Shown here piece by piece: positions 36,701 through 46,039 of a stretch of DNA of 64,000 bases (positions are counted from its first letter, which is position 1; every line of letters starts with the position of its first letter). Source of the stretch: Flavobacteriales bacterium (GTDB taxonomy: Bacteria > Bacteroidota > Bacteroidia > Flavobacteriales_D > Sanyastnellaceae); assembly GCA_015665315.1 (NCBI GenBank), contig JADFAK010000021.1, positions 454 through 64,453 of the forward strand, given 5' to 3'. The position numbers and the translations under genes are program-made. Below the pieces are notes generated by a model that worked only from the letters and a program-made list of their open reading frames with translations, searched no databases and was not told the origin of the DNA.

Positions 36701-38404
36701 TTACTGAGCGATATCAATACATGCTTGTCCAAACACACCAAGGAACATAAGCAAGTCGGTGGTGTCTCGAACTCCGTCTCCATTCATATCTCCGAGACAA
36801 GGAACTACATAAGAGCAAGAACCGTTGTCGTGCGTCGCAAAAGGATTGTAGTTCACTGCTGTCGGATCCGTACATCCAATAAAGACACATGAGCCATCCT
36901 CAATCGTGGCCAATGGATCGTAGTTAGCAGCACCTATATACGTACAACCGGCTGCGGAACCTTGGCACGAACCATCGTCAAAAGCTGCACAAGAATTGTA
37001 GTTGGCAGCACCTTGATCAGTACACCCAATTCCTGGAACTTGACATTGATAGACGAGCGAAGCTTGACCGCAACTTTGTCCGCCCTCAGTTCCCAATGAA
37101 ATCGTGTAGGCTATATCAAAGAAGCTGTCTACAGTGAATCCATCCGGTGAGGGAAGAGCGCTCAAAAGGCCGGTACCCGGACCAGCGCCTGGATTTGGTT
37201 GAATTTGAATCGGACCTAAAGGTGAAGCTCCGCCCAAAGTCATCTCCATAATTTCTAGGTCGTAGTACTGTGCACCTAGTGGATCAGAATAAGGCGTTGG
37301 AATGACCATGGTCTGCATGAATCCGTTTCCTTGAACTTCATCGGCGACCAATTCACCCCCAATGTAGATGTCAAAGAAGATGTCAAAAAATGAATCGACG
37401 AAGAAAGGTTCGCTACCAGGATTGAAAAGTGGAACTGGAGGTCCTATGTTGTGGATTCTAACATTCTGGATAGACATGATGTCGGCATTCGCAGGATCGA
37501 GATTCACGAAGTTCCAAGGAGTAGGGTTGATCCACAAACCTTCGGGAAGTACAGTTGGGTTTTCAACTACAACACCTGGAAATAGGATTGGAGTATCTGT
37601 CATATAAAAATGCAATCCACACCCATCGCTGCATCCACAGCCTACATATACACCCCCCACTTCTTCTTCCGCTTCAGGTTCGGTGGTATTGGTTGGCTTG
37701 TAGTAGGTAATAGTGACCGTAAGCTTCCCTGCGCCAATTTTGGCGTCTACAATTGCTTGAGCGGCCGTCTTGTCGGTAGTGGCAGGAGCTGGATCCCGGT
37801 TGTGTGGAGGTTCTTCGGTCCAACTGCCGTCGGAATTCAAACAGTCCTGTGCTGCCTTGACATCGGCTTTGGTCGCTCCTCCACCTTCTACAGGAGTAAG
37901 AGTGTAACACGCCTGCGAAGTAGCTAAATCGGTAAAGCCGTTGGCTGACGATCCAGCGCCAAGTGCGTCTTCGATCTTATCGCACAAAGAAGTGTCATCG
38001 CCATCGGCACCATCTGGGTCTTTTTTCGACCAGCACGTACAAAAGTCGACTTTGATGTTTTCCAGTTCGTCGAAACCATCGGGAACCGGCATTTCATCTT
38101 CTCCGTCTCCGAAGCCGTAGTAGTATCCGTTACCCCATTTAAATCCCTCTCCACCATTGATACCATGGGCAACGATGACCAATTGGTCCCCGTCTTCCAA
38201 TTGCGCCAAGCAGTCGGTAAGCGATCCTCCCACCTGGATCACCGTGTCGTCGTCGGCATTCTGACGTTCCCATCCTTCATGGGCGTTCAAAAAACCGTCT
38301 CCTCCAGAGTCAATGCAAACGATTTTTTTGGCATCGACATTCAGAGAGAGTAGTAAAAACAAAATTAAGCTGTTGAGTGAAATGATTGTTCTAAGATTTT
38401 TCAT
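36701..38404 (-). CDS. Secreted Cys-rich protein with three CNYD units and a single dockerin-like C-terminal unit
   Basis: Signal peptide and repeated DSFFDI motifs. Contains GCTDQGAANYNSCAAFDDGSC, CTYIGAANYDPLATIEDGSC and CTDPTAVNYNPFATHDNGSC, then CLGDMNGDGVRDTTDLLMFLGVFGQAC. Confidence 0.7.
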   Translation of the reverse strand: MKNLRTIISLNSLILFLLLSLNVDAKKIVCIDSGGDGFLNAHEGWERQNADDDTVIQVGGSLTDCLAQLEDGDQLVIVAHGINGGEGFKWGNGYYYGFGDGEDEMPVPDGFDELENIKVDFCTCWSKKDPDGADGDDTSLCDKIEDALGAGSSANGFTDLATSQACYTLTPVEGGGATKADVKAAQDCLNSDGSWTEEPPHNRDPAPATTDKTAAQAIVDAKIGAGKLTVTITYYKPTNTTEPEAEEEVGGVYVGCGCSDGCGLHFYMTDTPILFPGVVVENPTVLPEGLWINPTPWNFVNLDPANADIMSIQNVRIHNIGPPVPLFNPGSEPFFVDSFFDIFFDIYIGGELVADEVQGNGFMQTMVIPTPYSDPLGAQYYDLEIMEMTLGGASPLGPIQIQPNPGAGPGTGLLSALPSPDGFTVDSFFDIAYTISLGTEGGQSCGQASLVYQCQVPGIGCTDQGAANYNSCAAFDDGSCQGSAAGCTYIGAANYDPLATIEDGSCVFIGCTDPTAVNYNPFATHDNGSCSYVVPCLGDMNGDGVRDTTDLLMFLGVFGQACIDIAQ

Positions 38405-38640
38405 TTCTCTTAAGTTTTGGTGAATAGTGATATAAAGGTAAGTGAATGTTCCTCAGTTTGTTACGTTCTTTTATTAAGACGACGCCTTTGCTCTTCATTC
38501 GGTTCAGTTGCCTTAGAATTCGGTAAATTCTGAAGAGTTGAAATTGCGCGGAGACGCACCATCGATCTCCCATCGCTGCACTACACATTTATATCAGGTG
38601 ATCACCTTGGGGGATGTTGTTTACACATTTGCGTTTATCG

Positions 38641-40800
38641 CTAGCATTGTGTGCCAAAAAGACCAAGGAAAATAAGTAGGTCGCTGGTGTTGGCTATGCC
38701 GTCGTTATCCAAGTCAAATGCACAAAAATCCACGCAGCCGATGCCGCCGAGAAAGCTCAGCAAGTCAACGGTGTCAACGGAATTGTCGTTGTTGAAGTCG
38801 CCCAAACACCCTGCGGATTGCAGATTAAGGATCTGGGTTGAGGCATGACTTCCGCAGCTATTTGACACCGTGAGCATGACGTCGAATTGTCCGGCCGCAG
38901 CGTAATCGTAAACCGGAGAACTACTGGTGTTCAGGGCCGAAGCATCACCAAAATCCCACGCGTATGTCAAAGGCCAGCCCATCGGATTTCCTGAACTTTG
39001 ATCGGTGAAACTTACTTGAAGTCCGTTTGTGACATAAGTGAAATCCGACGTTGGTGACTGACCGAAATCACCGTTGCCTGGATCGGGAAAAGCAGGGTTT
39101 ATTTGTGAGCCATTGAGGTCAAAACCCAATCCTTGCCAGCTAGCAAAATTCATCGATTGCCAGGGGTTCGTAGGTTGGAATGGTAAGGCAATGGACGGAC
39201 TCCAATAGGTGTTGTAGTCGATTTGATAATTCACGCTGAAATCACCGTACATATGTGTGGTGTTGGAGGTGGCGTCGGTGTAGAATAGATTGTGGTAAAA
39301 GTATCCCTGTTGTCCGCTTATTACACTTACCGCATCGTGTGGCATTGTCGCTGGGGTGTAAAATTTATTTCTGTAAACGCGGTATTGTACATCGGTGTCG
39401 AGAATGTAGATATCGTTGATGGGGTTATTGAAGAAGTGATTGTCTCTAATGGCGACATCTTTGACGCTGTATCCGAAGACCCCAAAACCTTGGTTTCCTG
39501 TGGTGAGATCATGAATTTGACAATTTTGAACGATCGCTTTTCTGAAGTGTCCGGTGTTATCGTTGTTGCCATTGCTGAAGTCGATTCCGTTGTTGGTGCC
39601 TGTGATGTCACAACCATCTATGAGACAATATTCAAAGTCTTCTTGGTAGCTGGGCGCGTTCATGTTCAGACAAAAATTCCGATTGACTGATTGTCCGAAT
39701 GTGACCCAGCGAATGACGGTATGATCGCAGTGGTTGATATACATGTGGTGATCGAGAAGTGCGTTGCCGTTTCCACCATCAAAATGTCCGCCGATGACTG
39801 CTACATATGGATTGTCGGCGGGTACAAAGCTTTGTTTCGCCGTTTGATTAGCGTGGAAATCACATTCCCAAACGAGGAAGGCTTGCTTCGTACCTGAGCC
39901 TGTCGTGATGATCAACCCTTCGTTGTTGCCATTTTGCAAGGTGCAATCGGCGAATACCATACGCTCGACGCTTCCGGAAGGATCAGCATAGGCGAAGAAC
40001 AAGGCTCCACTCACGTTGTTTCCATCAAAGACTAAGTCTTGGTATACATGATCGGTAACATTCTGATTTGTGCCATTTAGAAAAATCGTGCGGCTGGCGG
40101 ATAATCCTGAATTGGTCATTAAAACAGGATCACTTCCTACACCATAGGCTCCCATGCGTATTCCCGATTTTTTCGTGGTCAAAGTCGCAGAGACATCAAC
40201 GGTCGTCCCGCGCTTGAACAATACGCGTCGGTTATTGCCTCCGTTGATCCACGAGATGGCCTGCGTCCAAGTTTGCCAAGGCGTCGCCACAGAAAGCCCA
40301 TCGTTGAGGTCATCCCCAGAAATAGGGTCGACGTAACGATCTTGTCCGCTCCAAGCCGAAATAGTCACAGATTTAGAAGTTGAGGTCGAGATGTAATTGG
40401 AGCCGTCCCACCCGCGAACGGTGAGCGTAATCTGATAAGTCCCCGGCGTCTCATACAAATAGCACGCTTCCGGTCCGCGTTGGTCCGTGTTGGCCGATTG
40501 AACCATGCCATCGACCGGGTGCGCTATGGTGCCTTGGCCCGTGGGAGAATTGTCTCCAAAATCCCAGGAATATTCCAGATCGTAGTAGGGTTCGAGGGTT
40601 CCGACTGCCGTGGTTTGGAAGGCCGAAACATAAATGGCGACCGGAGCTTCACCCGCTGAATCTGGATAGTGAATCTGTGGGGAAATGGAAGAAATTGTCA
40701 CTTCAGAATTGCCGCCAAACCCATTTCCTGGACAAGAAGGAATTTGAGCGATTGCGACCCCAAAGGTCATTAGAAATAGAAGGGTTAGTAGCTGTCTCAT
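38641..40800 (-). CDS. Secreted PKD-domain / right-handed beta-helix protein with a double dockerin-like C-terminus
   Basis: ATG at 40800 gives the signal peptide MRQLLTLLFLMTFGVAIAQ. Two PKD-like domains (YSWDFGDNSP..., YAWDFGDASA...) flank a beta-helix core. C-terminus CLGDFNNDNSVDTVDLLSFLGGIGCVDFCAFDLDNDGIANTSDLLIFLGLFGTQC. Confidence 0.75.
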   Translation of the reverse strand: MRQLLTLLFLMTFGVAIAQIPSCPGNGFGGNSEVTISSISPQIHYPDSAGEAPVAIYVSAFQTTAVGTLEPYYDLEYSWDFGDNSPTGQGTIAHPVDGMVQSANTDQRGPEACYLYETPGTYQITLTVRGWDGSNYISTSTSKSVTISAWSGQDRYVDPISGDDLNDGLSVATPWQTWTQAISWINGGNNRRVLFKRGTTVDVSATLTTKKSGIRMGAYGVGSDPVLMTNSGLSASRTIFLNGTNQNVTDHVYQDLVFDGNNVSGALFFAYADPSGSVERMVFADCTLQNGNNEGLIITTGSGTKQAFLVWECDFHANQTAKQSFVPADNPYVAVIGGHFDGGNGNALLDHHMYINHCDHTVIRWVTFGQSVNRNFCLNMNAPSYQEDFEYCLIDGCDITGTNNGIDFSNGNNDNTGHFRKAIVQNCQIHDLTTGNQGFGVFGYSVKDVAIRDNHFFNNPINDIYILDTDVQYRVYRNKFYTPATMPHDAVSVISGQQGYFYHNLFYTDATSNTTHMYGDFSVNYQIDYNTYWSPSIALPFQPTNPWQSMNFASWQGLGFDLNGSQINPAFPDPGNGDFGQSPTSDFTYVTNGLQVSFTDQSSGNPMGWPLTYAWDFGDASALNTSSSPVYDYAAAGQFDVMLTVSNSCGSHASTQILNLQSAGCLGDFNNDNSVDTVDLLSFLGGIGCVDFCAFDLDNDGIANTSDLLIFLGLFGTQC

Positions 40801-40903
40801 GGGTGCTTTTCTAATTTGGTAAGTGAACTGGTTTCTGTGTAGCGCACTTGTCCGCAAGAAGAATTCTCCTAACAAGACTAGCGCGCAGGCCTAATTGTTG
40901 CAA

Positions 40904-42811
40904 CTATTCAATAATAATTTTGTGCGCTTTAACTCTATCTCGATTTTGAATGGTGAGAATGTATAAGCCTTCGGCAAATGAGGAAACGTCTAGCGAAAGT
41001 TCGGAGTCACTCGTGGCACTTGACCAAAGGACTTGCCCCCTGGTGTTTCTTAATTCAAGCTTGTCTTTTCCCGAAGGATTCGTCCTATTGATGTGTAGCA
41101 CCTTGGAGCATGGATTGGGAGAAATGGTTAATTCTGATAAATCAAGGTCATCGATTTCTGACACCAAGAAATAGTAACAATTTGAGATCGCTACACAGTT
41201 TTCATAGCTTATTTCAACGGCATACAGCCCATCTTCGTCAGGTGTGAAAGTCGTTCCATATCCCACGATTCCATCGGAGACATCACATTCCCACCACGTG
41301 TAAGTATCTCCATCGGTGTAGTCAACGACTAACATGCCGTTCGACTCGCTTACTGTTGGATTGACTGTGCAATCTTGGAAGAAGGAGATGATGCATGCCG
41401 ACATACCAGCACCTGATGAGCTGAGCATTAGCTGCTCTTCTGTAGGGTCAACATCTTGGATTCCGCCGATGCCACCTCCCAGGGCGAATCGACCGTTTTG
41501 ATTGAAAGTAATGCTTGAATAAGTACTTTCAAGGTCACCAATGGTGGCACCGGAGAATTGGTGGTTGCCCAATTCGTCGTACAGGGCGACATAGGCGTTC
41601 TTGTTGACCGCGGTGGGTAAGGTGTTGCTTGGATCATTTGGGTCGAAACTGGCCTCTTGTGAGTTGTATTGTCCGGCAATTACCACTTGGTCTTCACCAT
41701 AATACCGAACCACCGAAGCATAGTCGTTGCCTACGCCCCCCATGCTGTTTACCCAAGCCAATTCACCTTGGTAATTGAATTTGGCCAGGAAGATATCGGG
41801 ATGGGCGCTTACTGGAGCTTTCTGCAGAATATTCGGACTTGGATCAAAATCAACCAGCCCAGTATATTCTCCTAGGAGGTAAACGTTGTTTTCGGTATCG
41901 ATGGTAACCGACTTTCCATATTCTTGTGATCCATCTGACCCCAGTACGTGAGCCCACGAGAGTGCCCCATTGGAGTCGTATACGGCTACGAAAATATCTT
42001 GGTATCCCACGGGAGTCAAGGTCGTATTGCCGATGCCTGGATCGAAGTCGGTTGCGTCGAAGATATATCCCGTGACAGCAACAGAGCCATTCGAACTCAC
42101 GGAAATATCAAAACACTCGTCGGTTGAGGCACTTCCAAGTGCAAAGGCCCACTGGAGGTCACCTACCACATTGTACTTGGCCACAAATCCATCAACGTAG
42201 TTTGCCGCGACCAGGTATTCTCCAACAGGATCAGGATCGAAGTCGACTGTCCCGCTGAATGTTCCGCATACATAAATATTATTGGAGTTGTCACGGGCAA
42301 GGGCCGAGATGAAATCGTTGCCCGATCCACCAAAGCTAAAGCTTGAAACATAGTCTCCGTCATCTGAGTAATTAACCACTACGGCATCTCGACCTCCCTG
42401 TGTTGTGTGAAAGTTGGAGTCAGAACTGGGGTTGAAATCGGTGTTGTCGGTAAAATACCCAACGGCCGTTACGCCGTTTTGGGCAAACTCGATGTCTGTG
42501 AATTCAGTATTCGCATTCGAGCCTATTCCAAATGACCACACATGCTCTCCGGATTCGTTGTATTTTGCCACAAAGGCATCTGTAAATCCGTTGGCATTCA
42601 CATTGCTTTGTCCTAGGCCTGGGTCGAAATCTGCAGGTGTGGATGAGAATTTTCCAACGGTGTAGAAATTATTACTGTAGTCTGAAATCAGACCATTGAC
42701 TTGGTCGTTTTGTGAGCCTCCAAAGGTGATTCCAAAATCGATGTAAGGAGTTTGGGCTGGCAGATTAAGAAAGCCAATAAACATACATGTGAGGAGTAAA
42801 GCGTTTTTCAT
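40904..42811 (-). CDS. SBBP-repeat beta-propeller protein with a T9SS C-terminal sorting domain
   Basis: Repeated ...D.F(V/L)AKYN..G...W... units. The tail ISPNPCSKVLHINRT...GLYILTIQNRDRVKAHKIIIE is a T9SS CTD. Confidence 0.75.
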   Translation of the reverse strand: MKNALLLTCMFIGFLNLPAQTPYIDFGITFGGSQNDQVNGLISDYSNNFYTVGKFSSTPADFDPGLGQSNVNANGFTDAFVAKYNESGEHVWSFGIGSNANTEFTDIEFAQNGVTAVGYFTDNTDFNPSSDSNFHTTQGGRDAVVVNYSDDGDYVSSFSFGGSGNDFISALARDNSNNIYVCGTFSGTVDFDPDPVGEYLVAANYVDGFVAKYNVVGDLQWAFALGSASTDECFDISVSSNGSVAVTGYIFDATDFDPGIGNTTLTPVGYQDIFVAVYDSNGALSWAHVLGSDGSQEYGKSVTIDTENNVYLLGEYTGLVDFDPSPNILQKAPVSAHPDIFLAKFNYQGELAWVNSMGGVGNDYASVVRYYGEDQVVIAGQYNSQEASFDPNDPSNTLPTAVNKNAYVALYDELGNHQFSGATIGDLESTYSSITFNQNGRFALGGGIGGIQDVDPTEEQLMLSSSGAGMSACIISFFQDCTVNPTVSESNGMLVVDYTDGDTYTWWECDVSDGIVGYGTTFTPDEDGLYAVEISYENCVAISNCYYFLVSEIDDLDLSELTISPNPCSKVLHINRTNPSGKDKLELRNTRGQVLWSSATSDSELSLDVSSFAEGLYILTIQNRDRVKAHKIIIE

Positions 42812-42851
42812 GGGATTAGCATTTGATTGATTAATAAAATCTGGTCAACAA

Positions 42852-42859
42852 CAAAGTTA
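42852..42859 (-). promoter_or_regulatory. Candidate -7 box (TAACTTTG on the minus strand) for the SBBP/PKD/Cys-rich gene string
   Basis: Exact TAnnTTTG match about 40 nt upstream of the ATG at 42811. No clear -33 element. Confidence 0.3.
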
Positions 42860-43111
42860 TTTCGATGAAGTGCCGAATCATTCATGGCATAGCGGGATTT
42901 TAAACTCCCTGAAAACCATGAGAAGAATATGTTTTAGACCATGATTATATCCATGTTTTCATGGAAGAGATTCTATTGTGAAAAATCGATATTTGTAGAT
43001 CAGACCAACAGGAAGTCCACCTTGAATCATATCAAAAACACGTATTTACCGCAATCTTATCCTAGATGCAATGTTGGGCCAGTCCGGTCTGGACGCGCAA
43101 TAGAGGGAGTA

Positions 43112-45043
43112 ATGCTGGCTGTGCTGACGTTCCTGAGTATATCGCTTTTGGGGCAGGATTTATCTTCTTTAGAGAGAATCCAACAACTGAGCGATTCAGC
43201 CTGGGCCTTGGAGGCATCCCAGCCTAGAAAGGCCATCGAAATGTACGACCGGGCAATCGACCTTAGCTCGTTGTCGAATCAGGACCTCGAGAAAGGAAAG
43301 AATATGCGCTACAAAGCCTTGTTGTACAAGGAGATTTTGTCATTGGATACTGCCCTTCATTGGATGGAGAAAGCCGATTCGGTTCTAACTCTTTGTTCGG
43401 ATTCTGTGCAGATTGCCAAGGTTAAATTTAGCTTGGCCACCATCCATCAATTCAAAGGAAATGCAGGAGCGGCCGCGCGGTTCTATAGTCAGTCACTCCA
43501 TGTTTTTACCGACTTACGAGATACGCTATCGGTCTCAAAATGCGCATCCAACTTGGGGGTCTTGTATTACGAATTGAGTATGTACGACCAGGCCGAACGC
43601 TATGATTCCATCGCAGTTTCTTTGGCGCGCTTGAGCGAACAAAATGAAAGTTTATGTTCCTCCTTGATCAATTGGGGAATTGCCCAAGCCGCTCTCGGCA
43701 AGTCGGAAAGCGCAGTTGAGAAATACCGTGAAGCACTCGTACTAGCAATTGACTTGGGAGATCAACGACTTGTATCCTACGCTCACACCAATTTGGCCGA
43801 TTACTTTGCCAATCAAGGTCAGTATGAACAGGCCATACTCAATTCGGCCGAAGCACTGGAAATCGCGCGGGCAACCGAGAATGAAATTGAAGAGGCCTTC
43901 TTTCTTCACCAGCTGGGGTACTTTTATGAGAAGTCTAATCGATCGGGCGGACTTCAAATGATGGAAGAGGCGCTAGCACTGAATCGGAAGTTGGGCTTGC
44001 GCGCCGACCGTCTGCCGCTGTTGAAGCACTTGTCGCAAGTGTATGCCGATCGAAGTGATTATAAGTCGGCCTATATTCATGCACAAGAATTGATGGAACT
44101 CAAGGACTCAATTGGCTCTGAGTCAACGATGCAACTGGTTAACGATTTACGGGTGCAGTACGAAGCTGCCGAAAAGGAAAAGGAAAATGAGCAGTTAAAA
44201 CACTCCCGTGTACTGGATGCTATTCAATTTGAAGAAGGCCAGACACGCATGGTTTTGATCATCGCTGTCCTGGTTTTGTTGTTGGCCTTGAGCATGTTTG
44301 GTGTATGGAGCTACCGATCGAAGTTAAAGTCGAAAACCATCATCGCCGAGCAGGAACGGCAATTGAATGAGCAGAGAATAGAAGAGCTGAGAAATAAACA
44401 AACCATCCAATCTCTGGACGACATGTTGCAAGGTCAGCAAGAAGAGAGGCAGCGCATTGCCAATGATTTACACGATGGTTTGGGTGGGTTGTTGTCGACT
44501 ATTCAACTTCATTTTGGCCGTATTCAAGAAGAACTCGATTCCATGAAAAGATTGGACGCCCACAGCGCTGCATTTAATCTACTGGACGAAGCATGTAAGG
44601 AAGTCCGCAAAATCGCGCACGACATGATGCCTAGCTCCTTGGAGAAATTGGGTTTATTCTCGGCGACCACGGATTTATTGACTCAACTGCAGGCGGGTTC
44701 GAAGATTGAGGTGATTCCGCAGCAGTTTGGGGATGCGGTAAACTTGCAAGCTGGCAAGGCGACCATGATCTATCGGATTATCCAAGAGGTCATAGCCAAC
44801 GTGGTAAAGCATGCGAATGCAAAACAGATTATCGTTCAATTCAATTGGCACCCAGATTCATTGCATATTGTCATCGAAGATGATGGCCAAGGATTCGATT
44901 TTGAGCGTGTGAAAAAAGGGCTTGGACTCAAAAGCATAGATTCACGGGTGAAATACATGGGCGGAAATTGGGAAATTGAGTCAAGTGTGGATCATGGGAC
45001 AGCCATCAATCTGACATTTCCATATCAAAACATCCAGGAGTAA
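43112..45043 (+). CDS. TPR-repeat sensor histidine kinase (HisKA_3/NarX-type)
   Basis: N-terminal signal/TM segment, a long TPR-like region and one TM helix. H-box ERQRIANDLHDGLGG and an HATPase_c domain (VANVVKHANA...DDGQGF...GLGLKSIDSRV). The start is uncertain (42941-43112). Confidence 0.75.
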   Translation: MLAVLTFLSISLLGQDLSSLERIQQLSDSAWALEASQPRKAIEMYDRAIDLSSLSNQDLEKGKNMRYKALLYKEILSLDTALHWMEKADSVLTLCSDSVQIAKVKFSLATIHQFKGNAGAAARFYSQSLHVFTDLRDTLSVSKCASNLGVLYYELSMYDQAERYDSIAVSLARLSEQNESLCSSLINWGIAQAALGKSESAVEKYREALVLAIDLGDQRLVSYAHTNLADYFANQGQYEQAILNSAEALEIARATENEIEEAFFLHQLGYFYEKSNRSGGLQMMEEALALNRKLGLRADRLPLLKHLSQVYADRSDYKSAYIHAQELMELKDSIGSESTMQLVNDLRVQYEAAEKEKENEQLKHSRVLDAIQFEEGQTRMVLIIAVLVLLLALSMFGVWSYRSKLKSKTIIAEQERQLNEQRIEELRNKQTIQSLDDMLQGQQEERQRIANDLHDGLGGLLSTIQLHFGRIQEELDSMKRLDAHSAAFNLLDEACKEVRKIAHDMMPSSLEKLGLFSATTDLLTQLQAGSKIEVIPQQFGDAVNLQAGKATMIYRIIQEVIANVVKHANAKQIIVQFNWHPDSLHIVIEDDGQGFDFERVKKGLGLKSIDSRVKYMGGNWEIESSVDHGTAINLTFPYQNIQE

Positions 45044-45053
45044 AGTAAAAGCG

Positions 45054-45719
45054 ATGACCAGAGTGTATATTGTAGACGATCATTCCTTATTTGCCGAAGG
45101 CTTGAAAAGTATGCTTTCAAAGACGAAGAGTATTCACGTTGTAGGTATGGCCTCGGATGCTGCTAGCGCGATTGAGTCTATCGATGGCGCTGATGTTGAT
45201 GTGGTCTTGCTCGATGTTAATTTACCCGATCGTGATGGTGTACATGTGTGTTCTGAGCTGCTTTCTAGGTTTCCTTCGCTAAAAATTATTGCGCTCAGTA
45301 TGCATTCTGAGGCAAGTATTATTGCTAGCATGGTAGAAGCTGGAGCCCTGGGCTACGTGCTTAAAAATGCCAAGTCAGAAGAACTTCTTGAAGCCATTTC
45401 GTGCGCCATGAAGAACATGAAGTATTTCAGCAAGGAGGCATCGAATAATCTGATATTCAAGTTGATGGGCACAGGCGGTGCCACTTCAAAAAGCACACAA
45501 AAGCCAATGCTCACCAGACGGGAAAAAGACGTTTTGTACCTCATTATGAAGGAGCACACTACCACAGAGATTGCCGAGAAACTCTTCGTAAGCCCGAGCA
45601 CGGTCGAAACACATCGCAAAAACTTATTGCAAAAACTCGAAGTCCGCAACGTCGTAGGATTGGCTCAAGCAGCCTTGGAATTTGATATTCTGGGCGACTA
45701 TCTTCCACCTTCTCAATAG
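45054..45719 (+). CDS. NarL/LuxR-family response regulator
   Basis: Receiver domain (VYIVDDH...DVVLLDVNLPDRDG) plus a C-terminal LuxR HTH (LTRREKDVLYLIMKEHTTTEIAEKLFVSPSTVETHRKNLLQKL). Confidence 0.85.
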   Translation: MTRVYIVDDHSLFAEGLKSMLSKTKSIHVVGMASDAASAIESIDGADVDVVLLDVNLPDRDGVHVCSELLSRFPSLKIIALSMHSEASIIASMVEAGALGYVLKNAKSEELLEAISCAMKNMKYFSKEASNNLIFKLMGTGGATSKSTQKPMLTRREKDVLYLIMKEHTTTEIAEKLFVSPSTVETHRKNLLQKLEVRNVVGLAQAALEFDILGDYLPPSQ

Positions 45720-46039
45720 GATGAATAGTTTTTTTCAGCCCTACGGGCAAATGCGATTATGTACGTACAACTGACTTTTCTGGTCACTTTTTTATTCAGG
45801 TAGGGATACCGCTCGAAGTGTTTCAGTCTGCCAAACAACGGAAAAAGTGCCTTCCCGCAGTGGTTTAAGTTGAAAACCGGCAGAAAGATCATTAAAAATG
45901 ACCTTCTTCCGATCTTTAATCGCCAATTAATCAATCATTTGAGGGTAAGTGCTTGCATGTCGGGCGCGCATAAAAAACCCGTACTTTTGCAAAAAATTTG
46001 CCAGAGGCTATTCTTTGGTAACACAGACATTAGAATACC

